Assembly (NCBI RefSeq): GCF_023055435.1
Contig: NW_025963890.1
Location: forward strand, 2,170,001-2,234,000
Length of the DNA stretch: 64,000 nucleotides
Direction: 5' to 3'
Source of the DNA: Haliotis rufescens
Lineage: Eukaryota
The position numbers and the translations under genes were made by a program. The notes under the pieces were generated by a model that was not told where the DNA came from, made no database searches, and was given only the letters and a program-made list of their open reading frames with translations. Positions 38,908 through 52,249 of the stretch are shown here, piece after piece (positions within the stretch are counted from its first letter, which is position 1; each line of letters opens with the position of its first letter).

Positions 38908-39159
38908 CTACACTGAACATTGTATGACACTGAATAGAATGTGATAGAAAGAATATACTAAGTAAATATTTCCAAGAATTATCTCCCGTGTAATCAGGGG
39001 GTGAAAACTTATGAAAAATGTTCCTTGACCAAGGGCAAGTATGACCAACAGTCTTACGTGCCCTATTTTAAAATGTACTGTCCCAAAATCAAACTAATAA
39101 ATTCAGTAAAATGTTACATCTACAGAACTGAGAATCAGAGATAGTGTTCCCTCGCTATT

Positions 39160-40890
39160 GCACCCCTCAATATAGCGTTAACACGATTATAGCGTGCCTA
39201 AATGCAGGGCTCCTAAAATTTACTTACTTATTTAATAAACTCAAGTTTTACACTGACACGATGTTTTCCCCCCATCTCAAAAAGCATTATCAGCTGATCA
39301 CCGCAAGCACGTCACGCAATACTCACAGTTATTTACAGCAACAACGGTCAGTTAACTGCTATTTACGCCTTGAAATGTCTTGCCAGAGAATGGATACATA
39401 TATCATAAATGCCATACTTTGACTCGATAAAAGTCATATTTGTGGCAATATCGAAATGCATGTATTGAGGGAAGTCCCTACGGTGACTGGTCAAAATTTG
39501 TTCCATATTGCAAAAATATCCAGCAATAGCAATCAGCTGTACCAAAGTGCTACGCTTATGGTTCTTATTATTTTTAACATATTGTAAAAGCTGCAACTAA
39601 AATAACATGATATTGGAATATATTATAATAATAATTTCAGGTACAATTCTTCTGACCATTTCATAAAAATTCTTTGAAGTTGTATCATTGGGTACTTTTT
39701 CACTGAATCACCTGCAGATTGGAGAACATGTGTGTGTAGCTGATTGATATTTCTGGCTTAGTTTACTAGAAAATACACACAGTTATCTCAATTTCTGCAC
39801 AGAAAACAATGCCTTGGAAAGCAGGAAATGTAATCTGAATGGTAAATCATCCTGTCTAGTGAGGATTTATGTCAAATTTTATCTTTATAACAACAAAGTT
39901 TGTTAGACCTGTTCGTTCATCTGAATACGCTGAAGGATTACGATGTTTTTTTCAAACACTCATTATTTTTTTTCACACTATGAATCATAAACAACTACAG
40001 TTGTATACTCTGAAACGTGCATCGTAGGTCGTGTTAGGTCGGCAGAGCATGTACTGTTGTGTTGGTCATCTACCCCCTACAACTCAACCTGGGTTAAACC
40101 ACTGATCGTCTCTAAGGCATATCAATTATTTGGACACCAAAGGTTGCGTTGTAGCGCCCTTCAATACAGCACTAACTCAGTTATAGCACGCGGTAATGCA
40201 TGGTTCCCAAAATTTATGTAGATTTTTTAGTAAAATCAAGTTTACACTGACACAATGTCTTTTCCCCATCGCAAAAAAAAACATTTCCATACGGTCACTG
40301 CGAGAACGCAACACCGGAAGTACCAATTAACATATCCGAAATGAAGTCCGCAATTTAGTCCTATTATTACACTATCTGGTTATAAAAACATGTTTGTTGT
40401 ATATCTGAACTTATACATCAAACTGTAACATCTTTTACTGAAATTATTTAATCAGAAAACTTTGATGTTGTATATAACACATGTTTATATCTATATAAAG
40501 TCCAACGGCTAAGAGAAACTTAAATCGACTACTTCCTTGGCATGCGTAGTTCATGCAATCAACCATTGTCTGTATTATGGGCCTATGGCCTTCTTACTGA
40601 ATAAACTGTCTGTCTGTCTGTCTGTCTGAACTTATATTTGTAGCATATTTTATAATTTTCTTCAAAACTACATTCAATATTGTTTAGATTGATTTCGGCG
40701 AAATTGTGTGGGATTAATAGATCGCACAACTCGCTATTATTTACAGCAACCATAGTCAGATTATCGCTATTGACTCATCAAAACAAACTTTAGTGGACAG
40801 GATATGGATACATATATCCTAAGTGCCATATTTGTTAAAAGTCATATTTGTTATAGTCTGACATATGTGAGCCTCGACAGTGACTTGTGT
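39160..40890. mobile_element. Two adjacent copies of the 11.3-kb dispersed family, possibly nested in a larger hAT-like element (~38995-41347)
   Basis: Shared CAAGTTTTACACTGACAC..TTTCCCC and TTATTTACAGCAAC..ATGGATACATATATC blocks; outer ends CAGGGGGTGAAAA / TTTTTCAACCCTTG. Confidence 0.55.
40416..40624 (+). mobile_element. 5'-truncated LINE 3' end with 12-bp TSD TCTGAACTTATA
   Basis: Encodes ..SFTEII*SENFDVVYNTCLYLYKVQRLRET* (LINE ORF2 C-terminus-like), then AATAAA and a (TCTG)n tail. TSD at 40404-40415 and 40625-40636. Confidence 0.75.
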
Positions 40891-41732
40891 GTTCAAATAA
40901 AATATTTCATCAAAGCTAGGCCAAGCGAAGCTTCTAAAGTTGGCACTAGACCTACCTCACATTACAAATTCAAAGAAATGTAGTCAATTGTCCATCATTC
41001 ATTTTCCAAGAAGCATGTGCCATATATGGAAGTGTTACTACGAATTATCAATGAAACAAGCCTGGTTCTCATTGTTGTTGATCTGCCTGACATCGAAGTG
41101 TATTAATCCCATTAGTTGACTGGTGTAACTGTGTGCAAATTAGATTGCCATTCTGTGACACTAGCAAAATATTAGCCAATGAAATATCGTAACATGATCA
41201 CATGATTAAATTCTCTTGAAACTTCATTTCCCCAGTTCATTTTGTATGCTCTACTTGTCCACCGGCATGCACGAAAACGTATATTACTCGCCCGACATCT
41301 AAACCTTACTTGGCACGGGCGTCTGGCAATGGTATTTTTCAACCCTTGGTAATGTAAACTCTTTAACTTTGACTCTTGACTAAAGTGGCTAATGAGGTAT
41401 GATTTTTCATTCTGAAACAGCAAATGACCTTACACTGACTTCTTCCTCCCACATGAAAGGTGAATATTGAATATAAGCAATAGGGGCCTGAACAGGAAAG
41501 TAATTATTGTGGTCAGTAACAGGGATATCATCCTCCCTGTGGAGAGTGTAATGAATATGTCACACCCTGCTGGAAAGCCCTTCTAAAATAAACTTGTTCC
41601 TGCTGTTTTAACACCATGAAAGCTTATTTATATTTCATAAGGTGGAGAGGCTGATTCTGATAAATCTACTTTCTGCTCATACAGCTCTGCTTGAGGAGAA
41701 AGCATTTTGTTTAATACAAACAAATTGAGATG

Positions 41733-41935
41733 CTGTTTGTTTAACGCCGCACTCAGCAATATTCCAGCTAAATGATGGCAGTCTGTAAATACTTGAGTCT
41801 GAACCTGACAATCCAGTGATAGACACATGAACATTGATCTGCACAATTGGGATACGATAAACCAAGTCGGCAAGATTGATCCTGTTAGTCACCTCTTACG
41901 ATAAGCATGGGTTGCTTAAAACTAATTCTAATCTT
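41733..41935 (-). mobile_element. SINE family A copy (internal deletions)
   Basis: TTTAACGCCGCACTCAGCAATATTCCAGC..CTCTTACGATAAGCATGGGTTGCT. Confidence 0.82.
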
Positions 41936-42539
41936 GAGCTTCATAGAAACCTTAAACTTTAATAGTACATACGTTGATATCAAAAATGTTTTTTCTTGTA
42001 TCAAAAAGATATGTCTAAAATTGCAAATCCTATCCTTGAAGTATCTGGAAATTCTCTTTGAGATTCTGATGGCCAGATGTATCAAAAGAAACTGCTAATG
42101 CTGTGGAAACCCATCAATCAGTGGTTATAATTACCACCAAGATTTAGATTAACGACCCAGACATTTTCATGATATTCTGATAATGAGGCCAGATACAAAG
42201 TTAACACAATAAATATTTTCTTAGAGGAAAGCAAAGCTACTGAGAAAAGTAATATTACAAGGCAAGAACTGAGTAGCAGGTGGGAGCATGATGATAACAC
42301 AAACAATCAAACACCAAATGATGTCTGCCTGTCCCAGGACACAGTAAATAAATAAACAAGCAGACATCTAGCACTTTCAATCATTCGTGTCATATACGTA
42401 AACATGTTAGTTTTTGTCCTGTATGTTAACATGTCAATTTTTGTTTATATCTGACTCCTTTCCCGTTTTCCTTTCAGTGTCAGCACACTATCAAACACTG
42501 AAACCTCTCTGACATGTACTGCTAAACATTCAGGCTGAA

Positions 42540-44530
42540 ACACTGCATTATTTACAATGAAGCAGTGAAACATGCAGGTCACGGTATTTACTGAAGCAGT
42601 GAAACATGCAGGTCACGATTTACTGAAGCAGTGAAACATGCAGGTTACTTTTAACTGAAGCAGTGAAACATGCAGGTCACGGTATTTACAGAAGCATGTC
42701 AGTGAAACATGCAGGTCACTGTATTTACTGAAGCAGTGAAACATGCAGGTCACTGTATTTACTTAAGCAGGTCAGTGAAACATGCAGGTCACTGTATTTA
42801 CTGAAGCAGTGAAACATGCAGGTCACGGTATTTACTGAAACAGTGAAACATGCAGGTCACTGTATTTACTGAAGCAGGTCAGTGAAACATGCAGGTCACT
42901 GTATTTACTGAAGCAGTGAAACATGCAGGTCACTGTATTTACTGAAACAGTGAAACATGCAGATCACTGTATTTACTGAATCAGTGAAACATGCAGATCA
43001 CTGTATTTACTGAAGCAGTGAAACATGCACATCACTGTATTTACTGAAGCAGTGAAACATGCAGGTCAATTTATTTACTGAAGCAGTGAAACATGCAGGT
43101 CACTGTATTTACTGAAGCAGTGAAACATGCAGGTCACGGTATTTACTGAAGCATGTCAGTGAAACATGCAAGTCACTGTATTTACTGAAGCAGTGAAACA
43201 TGCACATCACTGTATTTACTGAAGCAGTGAAACATGCAGGTCAATTTATTTACTGAAGCAGTGAAACATGCAGGACACTGTATTTACTGAAGCAGTGAAA
43301 CATGCAGGTCAATTTATTTACTGAAGCATGTCAGTGAAACATGCAAGTCACTGTATTTACTGAAGCAGTGAAACATGCAGGTCAATTTATTTACTGAAGC
43401 AGTGAATCATGCAGGTCACTGTATTTACTGAAGCAGTGAAACATGCAGGTCACTGTATTTACTGAAGCATGTCAGTGAAACATGCAGGTCACTGTATTTA
43501 CTGAAGTTGTGAAACATGCAGGTCACCGTATTTACTGAAGCAGGTCAGTGAAACATGCAGGTCACTGTATTTACTGAAGCAGTGAAACATGCAGGTCACT
43601 GTATTTACTGAAGCGGTGAAACATGTAGGTCACTGTATTTACTGAAGCAGTGAAACATGCAGGTCACTGTATTTACTGAAGCAGTGAAACATGCAGGTCA
43701 CAGTATTTACAGAAGCATGTCAGTGAAACATGCAGGTCACTGTATTTACTGAAGCAGTCAAACATGCAGGTCACTGTGTTTACTGAAACAGTGAAACATG
43801 AAGATCACTGTATTTACTGAAGCAGTGAAACATGCAGATCACTGTATTTACTGAAGCAGTGAAACATGCAGATCACTGTATTTACTGAAGCAGTGAAACA
43901 TGTAGGTCACTGTATTTACTGAAGCAGTGAAACATGCAGGTCACTGTATTTACTGAAGCAGTGAAACATGCAGATCACTGTATTTATTGAAGCAGTGAAA
44001 CATGTTGATCACTGTATTTACTGAAGCAGTGAAACATGCAGGTCACGGTATTTATTGAAGCAGTGAAACATGTAGATCATTGTATTTACTGAAGCAGTGA
44101 AACATGCAGGTCACTGTATTCACTTAAGCATGTCAGTGAAACATGCAGGTCACTGTATTTACTGAAGCAGAGAAACATGCACGTCACTGTATTCACTTAA
44201 GGAGGCCAGTGAAACATGCAGGTAACTGTATTTCTTAAGCACATCACTGTATTTACTGAATCAGTGAAACATGCAGATCACTGTATTAACAGAAGCTGTG
44301 AAACATGCAGATCACTGTATTTACTGAAGCAGTGAAACATGCAGATCACTGTATTTACTGAGGCAGTAAAACCTGCAGATCACTATATTTACTGAAGCAA
44401 GTTAGTGAAACATGCAGGTCACTGTATTTACTGAAGCAGTGAAACATGCAGATCACTGTATTTACTGAAGCAGTGAAACATGCAGGTCACTGTATTTACT
44501 GAACCAAGTTAGTGAAACATGCAGGTCACT
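42540..44530. repeat. Minisatellite, 34-bp unit CAGTGAAACATGCAGGTCACTGTATTTACTGAAG with 39-bp variant
   Basis: Direct reading; each unit contains the mini-hairpin CAGTGA..TCACTG. Confidence 0.96.
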
Positions 44531-44814
44531 TGAATGTAGTGAGCACTTGTTTTCTCCCAAAAGCACAGCTGAGTAGAAGTGGTTGCGCATCATATTTACC
44601 ACAATGAGTTTTGTTGTTTTTTCACAAAAATATAATGACATTACCGTGAGCATTGTAACAACTAAAAAAAACAAGAAGCACGCAATTTAATCCTGTTATT
44701 ACACAATAGTATTGTTTTGTTATGAATAAAAGTGTTCATTCAGTTGTACTTGGGTTCAATTTGACCACTCTCAGACACAGTCTAAACAACAGTTAAAGTT
44801 GTGGAAACATCTAA

Positions 44815-45050
44815 TGTCTCCTCCGAAGAAAAAGGCAAAGGCGACGGCTTCGGTTATCTGGGAATGCTAAGGAATCCTACTGTTGGCATACTTCCTGAAT
44901 GGTCAGACCATTAATGGCCAATATCAGGCTAATCTGCATCAGCAACTTTGCGAGAATATTGCTAACGAAAACTCACTAAAGGTGTGATGGTCCACCAGGA
45001 CAATGCACCTGTGCACAGATCTGTTGTCATTATGGCTTCAATGCATGGAG
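44815..45050 (+). pseudogene. mariner transposase fragment
   Basis: SPPKKKAK..ASVIWEC*GILLLAYFLNGQTINGQYQANL.QL..KGVMVHQDNAPVHRS matches the mariner VFWD..GIL..DY..G.TIN..YY and HDNAP.H motifs. Confidence 0.85.
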
Positions 45051-45440
45051 TGAGTGAGTAAATGTTGCTTTAAGCCGCATCAGCAATATTCCAGCTATTC
45101 ACGGCTAGAAATCAATTTCCTTTAGTCAACATTATTTAAAAGTGATGACGACAATCACTAAAACTTCAGTCCATTATCACAGTAATCAGTAAAAACTGAC
45201 ATTCAAAAATTCTATATCTTTTCATACAGTTTAATTTCTTTCAAATAGGCTAAAACTACGTGGTTAGAAACAGTATTGAAAAGTTCAGATATAGTTTGAA
45301 CTGTGTAAAAACGTTAACGAATAAGTGCGAAATCCACACATTCCAACAAAAGGTGCTTGATAGTCAAAGGACTATGGTAAGGTATACATTGAGGAGGATC
45401 TTCTCCCTTCAATAAAAAGGCAAAAGTTCCATATCACTGA

Positions 45441-45592
45441 ATGAGTGAGTGAGTGACTGAGTATGATTTTACGTCGCTTTTAGCAATATTCCAGCAATAT
45501 CATGGTGGGGGACATCAGAAATGGGCTTCACACATTGTACCCATGTTGGCATGACGATCAAATGCTTTAACCACTAGGCTACCCCACTGCCT
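45441..45592 (-). mobile_element. SINE family B copy (internal deletion)
   Basis: (GAGT)n..TTTTAGCAATATTCCAGCAATATC..GCTTTAACCACTAGGCTACCC. Confidence 0.85.
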
Positions 45593-45761
45593 CTCCATAT
45601 CACTGAAGAGCACGTAACACATGTGGTGTCTCATCAGACAGGTAACTTTGTTCAAAATAGGTTTCCATAAACCTGGCAGTGATGGGTACCCAGTAGAGGC
45701 AAAATTCAGTTTTCCACTAATTTCTGGAACAAGTTATATTATTTTTTTTAAATTATCCCAT

Positions 45762-48170
45762 CTTGCCCCACACCCCTCCAGAAAATAGAATGGTTGATCC
45801 CTTACAGCATTGCACCACACCCCTCCAGACAATAGAATGGTTGATCCCTTACAGCATTGCCCCACACCCCTCCAGACAATAGAATGGTTGATCCCTTACA
45901 GCATTACACCACACCCCTCCAGACAATAGAATGGTTGATACCTTACAGCATTGCACCACACCCCTCCAGACAATAGAATGGTTGATCCCTTACAGCATTA
46001 CACCACACCCCTCCAGACAATAGAATGGTTGATCCCTTACAGCATTGCACCACACCCCTCCAGACAATAGAATGGTTGATCCCTTACAGCATTGCACCAC
46101 ACCCCTCTAGACAATAGAATGGTTGATCCCTTACAGCATTGCACCACACCCCTCCAGACAATAGAATGGTTGATCCCTTACGGCATTGCACCACACCCCT
46201 CCAGACAATAGAATGGTTGATCCCTTACAGCATTGCACCACACCCCTCCAGACAATAGAATGGTTACAGCATTGCACCACACCCCTCCAGACAATAGAAT
46301 GGTTGATCCCTTACAGCATTGCACCACACCCCTCCAGACAATAGAATGGTTGATCCCTTACAGCATTGCCCCACACCCCTCCAGACAATAGAATGGTTGA
46401 TCCCTGACAGCATTGCACCACACCCCTCCAGACAATAGAATGGTTACAGCATTGCCCCACACCCCTCCAGACAATAGAATGGTTGATCCCTTACAGCATT
46501 GCACCACACCCCTCCAGACAATAGAATGGTTGATCCCTTACAGCATTGCACCACACCCCTCCAGACAATAGAATGGTTGATCCCTTACAGCATTGCCCCA
46601 CACCCCTCCAGACAATAGAATGGTTGATCCCTTACAGCATTGCACCACACCCCTCCAGACAATAGAATGGTTGATCCCTTACAGCATTGCACCACACCCC
46701 TCCAGACAATAGAATGGTTACAGCATTGCCCCACACCCCTCCAGACAATAGAATGGTTGATCCCTTACAGCATTGCCCCACACCCCTCCAGACAATAGAA
46801 TGGTTACAGCATTGCCCCACACCCCTCCAGACAATAGAATGGTTGATCCCTTACAACATTGCACCACACCCCTCCAGACAATAGAATGGTTACAGCATTG
46901 CACCACACCCCTCCAGACAATAGAATGGTTGATCCCTTACAGCATTGCACCACACCCCTCCAGACAATAGAATGGTTACAGCATTGCACCACACCCCTCC
47001 AGACAATAGAATGGTTGATCCCTTACAGCATTGCACCACACCCCTCCAGACAATAGAATGGTTGATCCCTTACAGCATTGCACCACACCCCTCCAGACAA
47101 TAGAATGGTTGATCCCTTACAGCATTGCACCACACCCCTCCAGACAATAGAATGGTTGATCCCTTACAGCATTGCACCACACCCCTCCAGACAATAGAAT
47201 GGTTGATCCCTTACAGCATTGCACCACACCCCTCCAGACAATAGAATGGTTGATCCCTTACAGCATTGCCCCACACCCCTCCAGACAATAGAATGGTTGA
47301 TCCCTTACAGCATTGCACCACACCCCTCCAGACAATAGAATGGTTGATCCCTTACAGCATTGCACCACACCCCTCCAGACAATAGAATGGTTGATCCCTT
47401 ACAGCATTGCACCACACCCCTCCAGACAATAGAATGGTTGATCCCTTACAGCATTGCACCACACCCCTCCAGACAATAGAATGGTTGATCCCTTACGGCA
47501 TTGCACCACACCCCTCCAGACAATAGAATGGTTGATCCCTTACGGCATTGCACCACACCCCTCCAGACAATAGAATGGTTGATCCCTTACAGCATTGCAC
47601 CACACCCCTCCAGACAATAGAATGGTTGATCCCTTACAGCATTGCCCCACACCCCTCCAGACAATAGAATGGTTGATCCCTTACAGCATTGCACCACACC
47701 CCTCCAGACAATAGAATGGTTGATCCCTTACAGCATTGCCCCACACCCCTCCAGACAATAGAATGGTTGATCCCTTACAGCATTGCACCACACCCCTCCA
47801 GACAATAGAATGGTTACAGCATTGCCCCACACCCCTCCAGACAATAGAATGGTTGATCCCTTACAGCATTGCACCACACCCCTCCAGACAATAGAATGGT
47901 TACAGCATTGCCCCACACCCCTCCAGACAATAGAATGGTTGATCCCTTACAGCATTGCACCACACCCCTCCAGACAATAGAATGGTTGATCCCTTACAGC
48001 ATTGCACCACACCCCTCCAGACAATAGAATGGTTGATCCCTTACAGCATTGCACCACACCCCTCCAGACAATAGAATGGTTACAGCATTGCCCCACACCC
48101 CTCCAGACAATAGAATGGTTACAGCATTGCCCCACACCCCTCCAGACAGTAGAATGGTTAGAGCATTGAT
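45762..48170. repeat. Minisatellite, 47-bp unit CACACCCCTCCAGACAATAGAATGGTTGATCCCTTACAGCATTGCAC with 39-bp variant lacking GATCCCTT
   Basis: Direct reading; 47+39 = 86-bp dimers occur locally. Confidence 0.97.
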
Positions 48171-48399
48171 CTTGCATGATCTTGAACATTTTGTTGTAAG
48201 GCTTGTTTGATTATGTACTGAGCTGATACTGATACAATTTGACCAGAGAAATAGTGCTGTGAGCATGGCCATCTGTGGCATAAACTTCTGTGCTTTCTTT
48301 GTGGCCTGTTACTGTTGCCTATTATTACCCATGTGGACATGGACACCAATGAAATCATTGTCAGTAATTCTCACTGAGCATCAGAACAACTGTTCCATT

Positions 48400-48600
48400 A
48401 TGAATACACAATGCTATTAAGAAAGTGGTCAAATGTTACAAATGTTATACTTGGGAAAGCACTTTCTTAGTTAAGTACAGATACTAGTACTATGTTTGGG
48501 TTGAGTCCCATCCAGGGATGAAACCTACACTGCCAGAGTGAGGCACCTAATTGCCAGCACACAAAGTCAGCTATCTAACCCACTCAGCCACCGAGGATTC
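48400..48600 (-). mobile_element. Degenerate tRNA-headed SINE-like element
   Basis: GGTGGCTGAGTGGGTTAG (A box) ... GGTTTCATCCC (B-box-like). Its downstream block is repeated at ~48683-48745. Confidence 0.45.
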
Positions 48601-49379
48601 CACAAAAATTAAAGTCTGAGAACTGGTAGTCTGTACTTTATGTACCCCTCTGACATTGGCACGGCTCCCATGGCCGAAAGCTATGAATACACAATGCCAT
48701 TTAGAAAGTGGTCAAGGGTAACAAATGTTATATTTGGGATAACACGATCTCAGCAAAGAACAAACTAGAGGCCTGCAGAAATGTGAGATCATACTGCCAA
48801 GACTCGGAACTTACACACTTACTTCCCTCCGGACAGATCATCCATTATGCATTGTTGCTCGTAGGTTAGTTCTAAGTATTGATATTATCTGCATGGAAAT
48901 ATATTGGCCTAATACAGCTGAGGAAAGTCCCTTCAAGTGGGTGGTCAGGTAGGCAGAATCTTCTCAGAGAAGTTTAACATCACACAAGTGCTTTATGATC
49001 TCCAGAGGGAACCAGACATGGATGATGAAGTTCACAGTTAACACGAATACATATACAATAAATTTGTAGACAGTTTGAGTTTCTTTCAGAAATTAACCCG
49101 ATATATCAAGCAATCAGTCTATAAGCGTTAATGTACGACAAAATGCCAAATTCCTCAACAGTCAACGCATGAAAGAAAGAGCATGGATGTTCCCCAGTCA
49201 CAGATATCACCCAGAACTTTCCCTAACTGACTTTGTGTCCTCTCACTCACTCACTCACTCCCCAGTCACAGAAAAACACTCGGAACTTTCCCTAACTGAC
49301 TTGGTGTCCTCTCACTCACTCACTCTCTCATGATGCCAGGTCGTCCTCCTGGGCAGCAGTGACGGATGTTATGGTCTTG

Positions 49380-51545
49380 TCTCCTCCCCTGCTGGATGAG
49401 ATGACTCCTCCCCTGCTGGATGAGGTGACTCCTCCCCTGCTTGATGAGATGACTCCTTCCCACTTGATGAGGCGACGCCTCCCTTGCTTGATGAGATGAC
49501 TCCTCCCCTGCTTGATGACATCACTCCTCCCCTACTTGATGAGGTCACTCCTCCCCTGCTTGATGACGTCACTCCTCCCCTACTTGATGAGATAACTCCT
49601 ACCCTGCTTGATGAGATGACTCCTCCCCTGCTTGATGAGGTGTCTCAACCCCCGCTTGATGAGATGACTTCTCCCCTGCTTGATGAGGTGACTCCACCCC
49701 TGCTTGTTCAGGTGACTCCTCCCCTGCTTGATAAGGTGACTCCTCCCCTGCTTGATGAGGTGACTTCTCCCCTGCTTGATGAGGCGACTCCACCCCTGCT
49801 TGATGAGATAACTCCTACCCTGCTTGATGAGGTGACTCATCCCCTGCTTGATGAGATGACTCCTCCCCTGCTTGATTAGGTCACTCCTCCCCGGCTTGAT
49901 GAGGCGACGCCTCCCCTGCTTGAGGTGATGCCTCCCCTGCTTGATGAGGTGACTCCTCCCCTGCTTGATGAGGTGACTCCTCCCCTGCTTGATGAGGCGA
50001 CTCCTCCCCTGCTTGAGGTGATGCCTCCCCTGCTTGATGAGGTGACTCCTCCTCTGCTTGATGAGGTGACTCAACCCCCGCTTGATGAGATGACTTCTCC
50101 CCTGCTTGATGAGGTGACTCCTCCCCTGCTTGATGAGGTGACTTCTCCCCTGCTTGATGAGGCGACTCCACCCCTGCTTGATGAGATAACTCCTACCCTG
50201 CTTGATGAGGTGACTCATCCCCTGCTTGATGAGATGACTCCTCCCCTGCTTGATTAGGTCACTCCTCCCCGGCTTGATGAGGCGACGCCTCCCCTGCTTG
50301 AGGTGATGCCTCCCCTGCTTGATGAGGTGACTCCTCCCCTGCTTGATGAGGTGACTCCTCCCCTGCTTGATGAGGCGACTCCTCCCCTGCTTGAGGTGAT
50401 GCCTCCCCTGCTGGATGAGGTGACTCCTCCCCTGCTTGATGAGGTGACTCCTGCCCTGCTTGATGAGGTGACTCCTCTCCTGCTTGATGAGGTGACTCCT
50501 CCCCTGCTTGATGAGATAACTCCTCCCCTGTTTGATGAGGTGACTCCTCCCCTGCTTGATGAGGTGACTCCTCCCCTGCTTGATGAGATAACTCCTCCCC
50601 TGTTTGATGAGGTGACTCCAACCCCGCTTGATGAGATGACTTCTCCCCTGCTTGATGAGGTGACTCCTCCCCTGCTTGTTGAGGTGACTTCTCCCCTGCT
50701 TGTTGAGGTGACTCCACCCCCGCTTGATGAGATGACTTCTCCCCTGCTTGATGAGGTGACTCCTCCCCTGCTTGAGGTAATGCCTCCCCTGCTTGATGAG
50801 GTGACTCCTCTCCTGCTTGATGAGGTGACTCCTCCCCTGCTTGATGAGGTGACTCCTCCCCGCTTGATGAGATGACTCCTTCCCTGCTTGATGAGGTGAC
50901 TCCTCCCCTGCTTGATGAGATGACTCCTCCCCTGCTTGATGAGATGACACCTCCTCTGCTTAATGAGGTCACTCCTCCCCGGCTTGATGAGGCGACACCT
51001 CCCCTGCTGGATGAGGCGACTCCACCCCTGCTTGATGAGATAACTCCTACCCTGCTTGATGAGGTGACTCCTCTTCTGCTTGATCAGGTGATGCCTCCCC
51101 TGCTTGATGAGGTGGATGAGGTGACTCCTCCCCGGCTTGATAAGGCAACGCCTCCCCTGCTTGATGAGGTGACTCCACCCCTGCTGGATGAGGTGACTCC
51201 TCCCCTGCTTGAGGTGATGCCTCCCCCGCTTGATGAGGTGACTCCTCGCCTGCTTAATGAGATGACTCCTCCTCTCCTTGATGAGGTGACGCCTCCCCTG
51301 CTTGAGGTGATGCCTCCCCTGCTTGACGAGGTGACTCCTCCCCGACTTGACGAGGGGACTCCTCCCCAGCTTGAGGTGATGCCTCCCCCGCTTGATGAGG
51401 TGACTCCACCCCTGCTGGATGAGGTGACTCCTCCCCTGCTTGAGGTGATGCCTCCCCTGCTTGATGAGGTGACTCCTCCCCTGCTTGATGAGGCGACTCC
51501 TCCCCTGCTTGATGAGGTGACTCCTCCCCTGCTCGATGAGGCAAT
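49380..51545. repeat. Minisatellite, 24-bp unit CTTGATGAGGTGACTCCTCCCCTG with 21-bp variant; 378-bp higher-order duplication
   Basis: Direct reading; CTTGATTAGGTCACTCC occurs at 49871 and 50249. Confidence 0.96.
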
Positions 51546-51610
51546 GGCGGTGGACTGGGATCCATAGTTGTCTTCTTCCTTCTACCTCTAGTACCCCTCT
51601 TGCCGGCCAT
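51254..51610 (-). pseudogene. Possible (now disrupted) ORF start: basic N-terminus running into (AGEESPHQ)n repeats
   Basis: ATG in context AACATCATGG; MAGKRGTRGRRKKTTMDPSPPPLPHR leads in frame into the repeat; CpG-rich upstream region. Confidence 0.4.
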
Positions 51611-52249
51611 GATGTTTTACATGGATGTGCAATGAGCGACGAGCGACTAGCGAAATAGCAACTGATGATGGTGTTTGTATACACTTTGCGCATGCAATAC
51701 GAACATTTTGGGCACGCTGTCAGCGCAGTGACAACTCCTGGCACACTGTGAGCACTCTGTGAGAGAGCAGTTAATCGCCAACTACAACTCGGGCGCTCAT
51801 CTTGTGAAAATTTTAAATAAAAGTTTTTCAGAATTTTCCTGCAATCCCACGGTTCTCTGAGAAATTTCACAACGCCGTGCCAACCCAGTGGAAATGCGGT
51901 AGAGTGTGACAGAGCACATTCAAGTTTCATTGCAACCCAAATACCACAACATTAATACAGAAATTTCTTTACTGCAGTATACAGGGTACTGGCTTACTAT
52001 ACTGAAATACATTTGAAGGATGCCTTTTTCTAAAGAAAAATACCATTTCATTTATTTAAATATTAAAATGTTTGCTCATTTTGGGAAAAATCCAATAGAG
52101 TGATGAATAGATAAGTGAAAAAAATATTGGTTACCCAATGGAAAACGTAATAGCCCAATTAAAATAGAAACCATTGAGTAAAAACTCAATTGCTCAAAAA
52201 GTTATCTGGAGTTGTGGTCACTAACAGACTTTGTGTCCTTCAAGTTTCC

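Noticed and set aside
41434-41487. 54-bp candidate minus-strand micro-exon (good acceptor and GTAAGG donor; APIAYIQYSPFMWEEEVS)
   Set aside because: Too short to distinguish from chance, with no recognisable partner exons.
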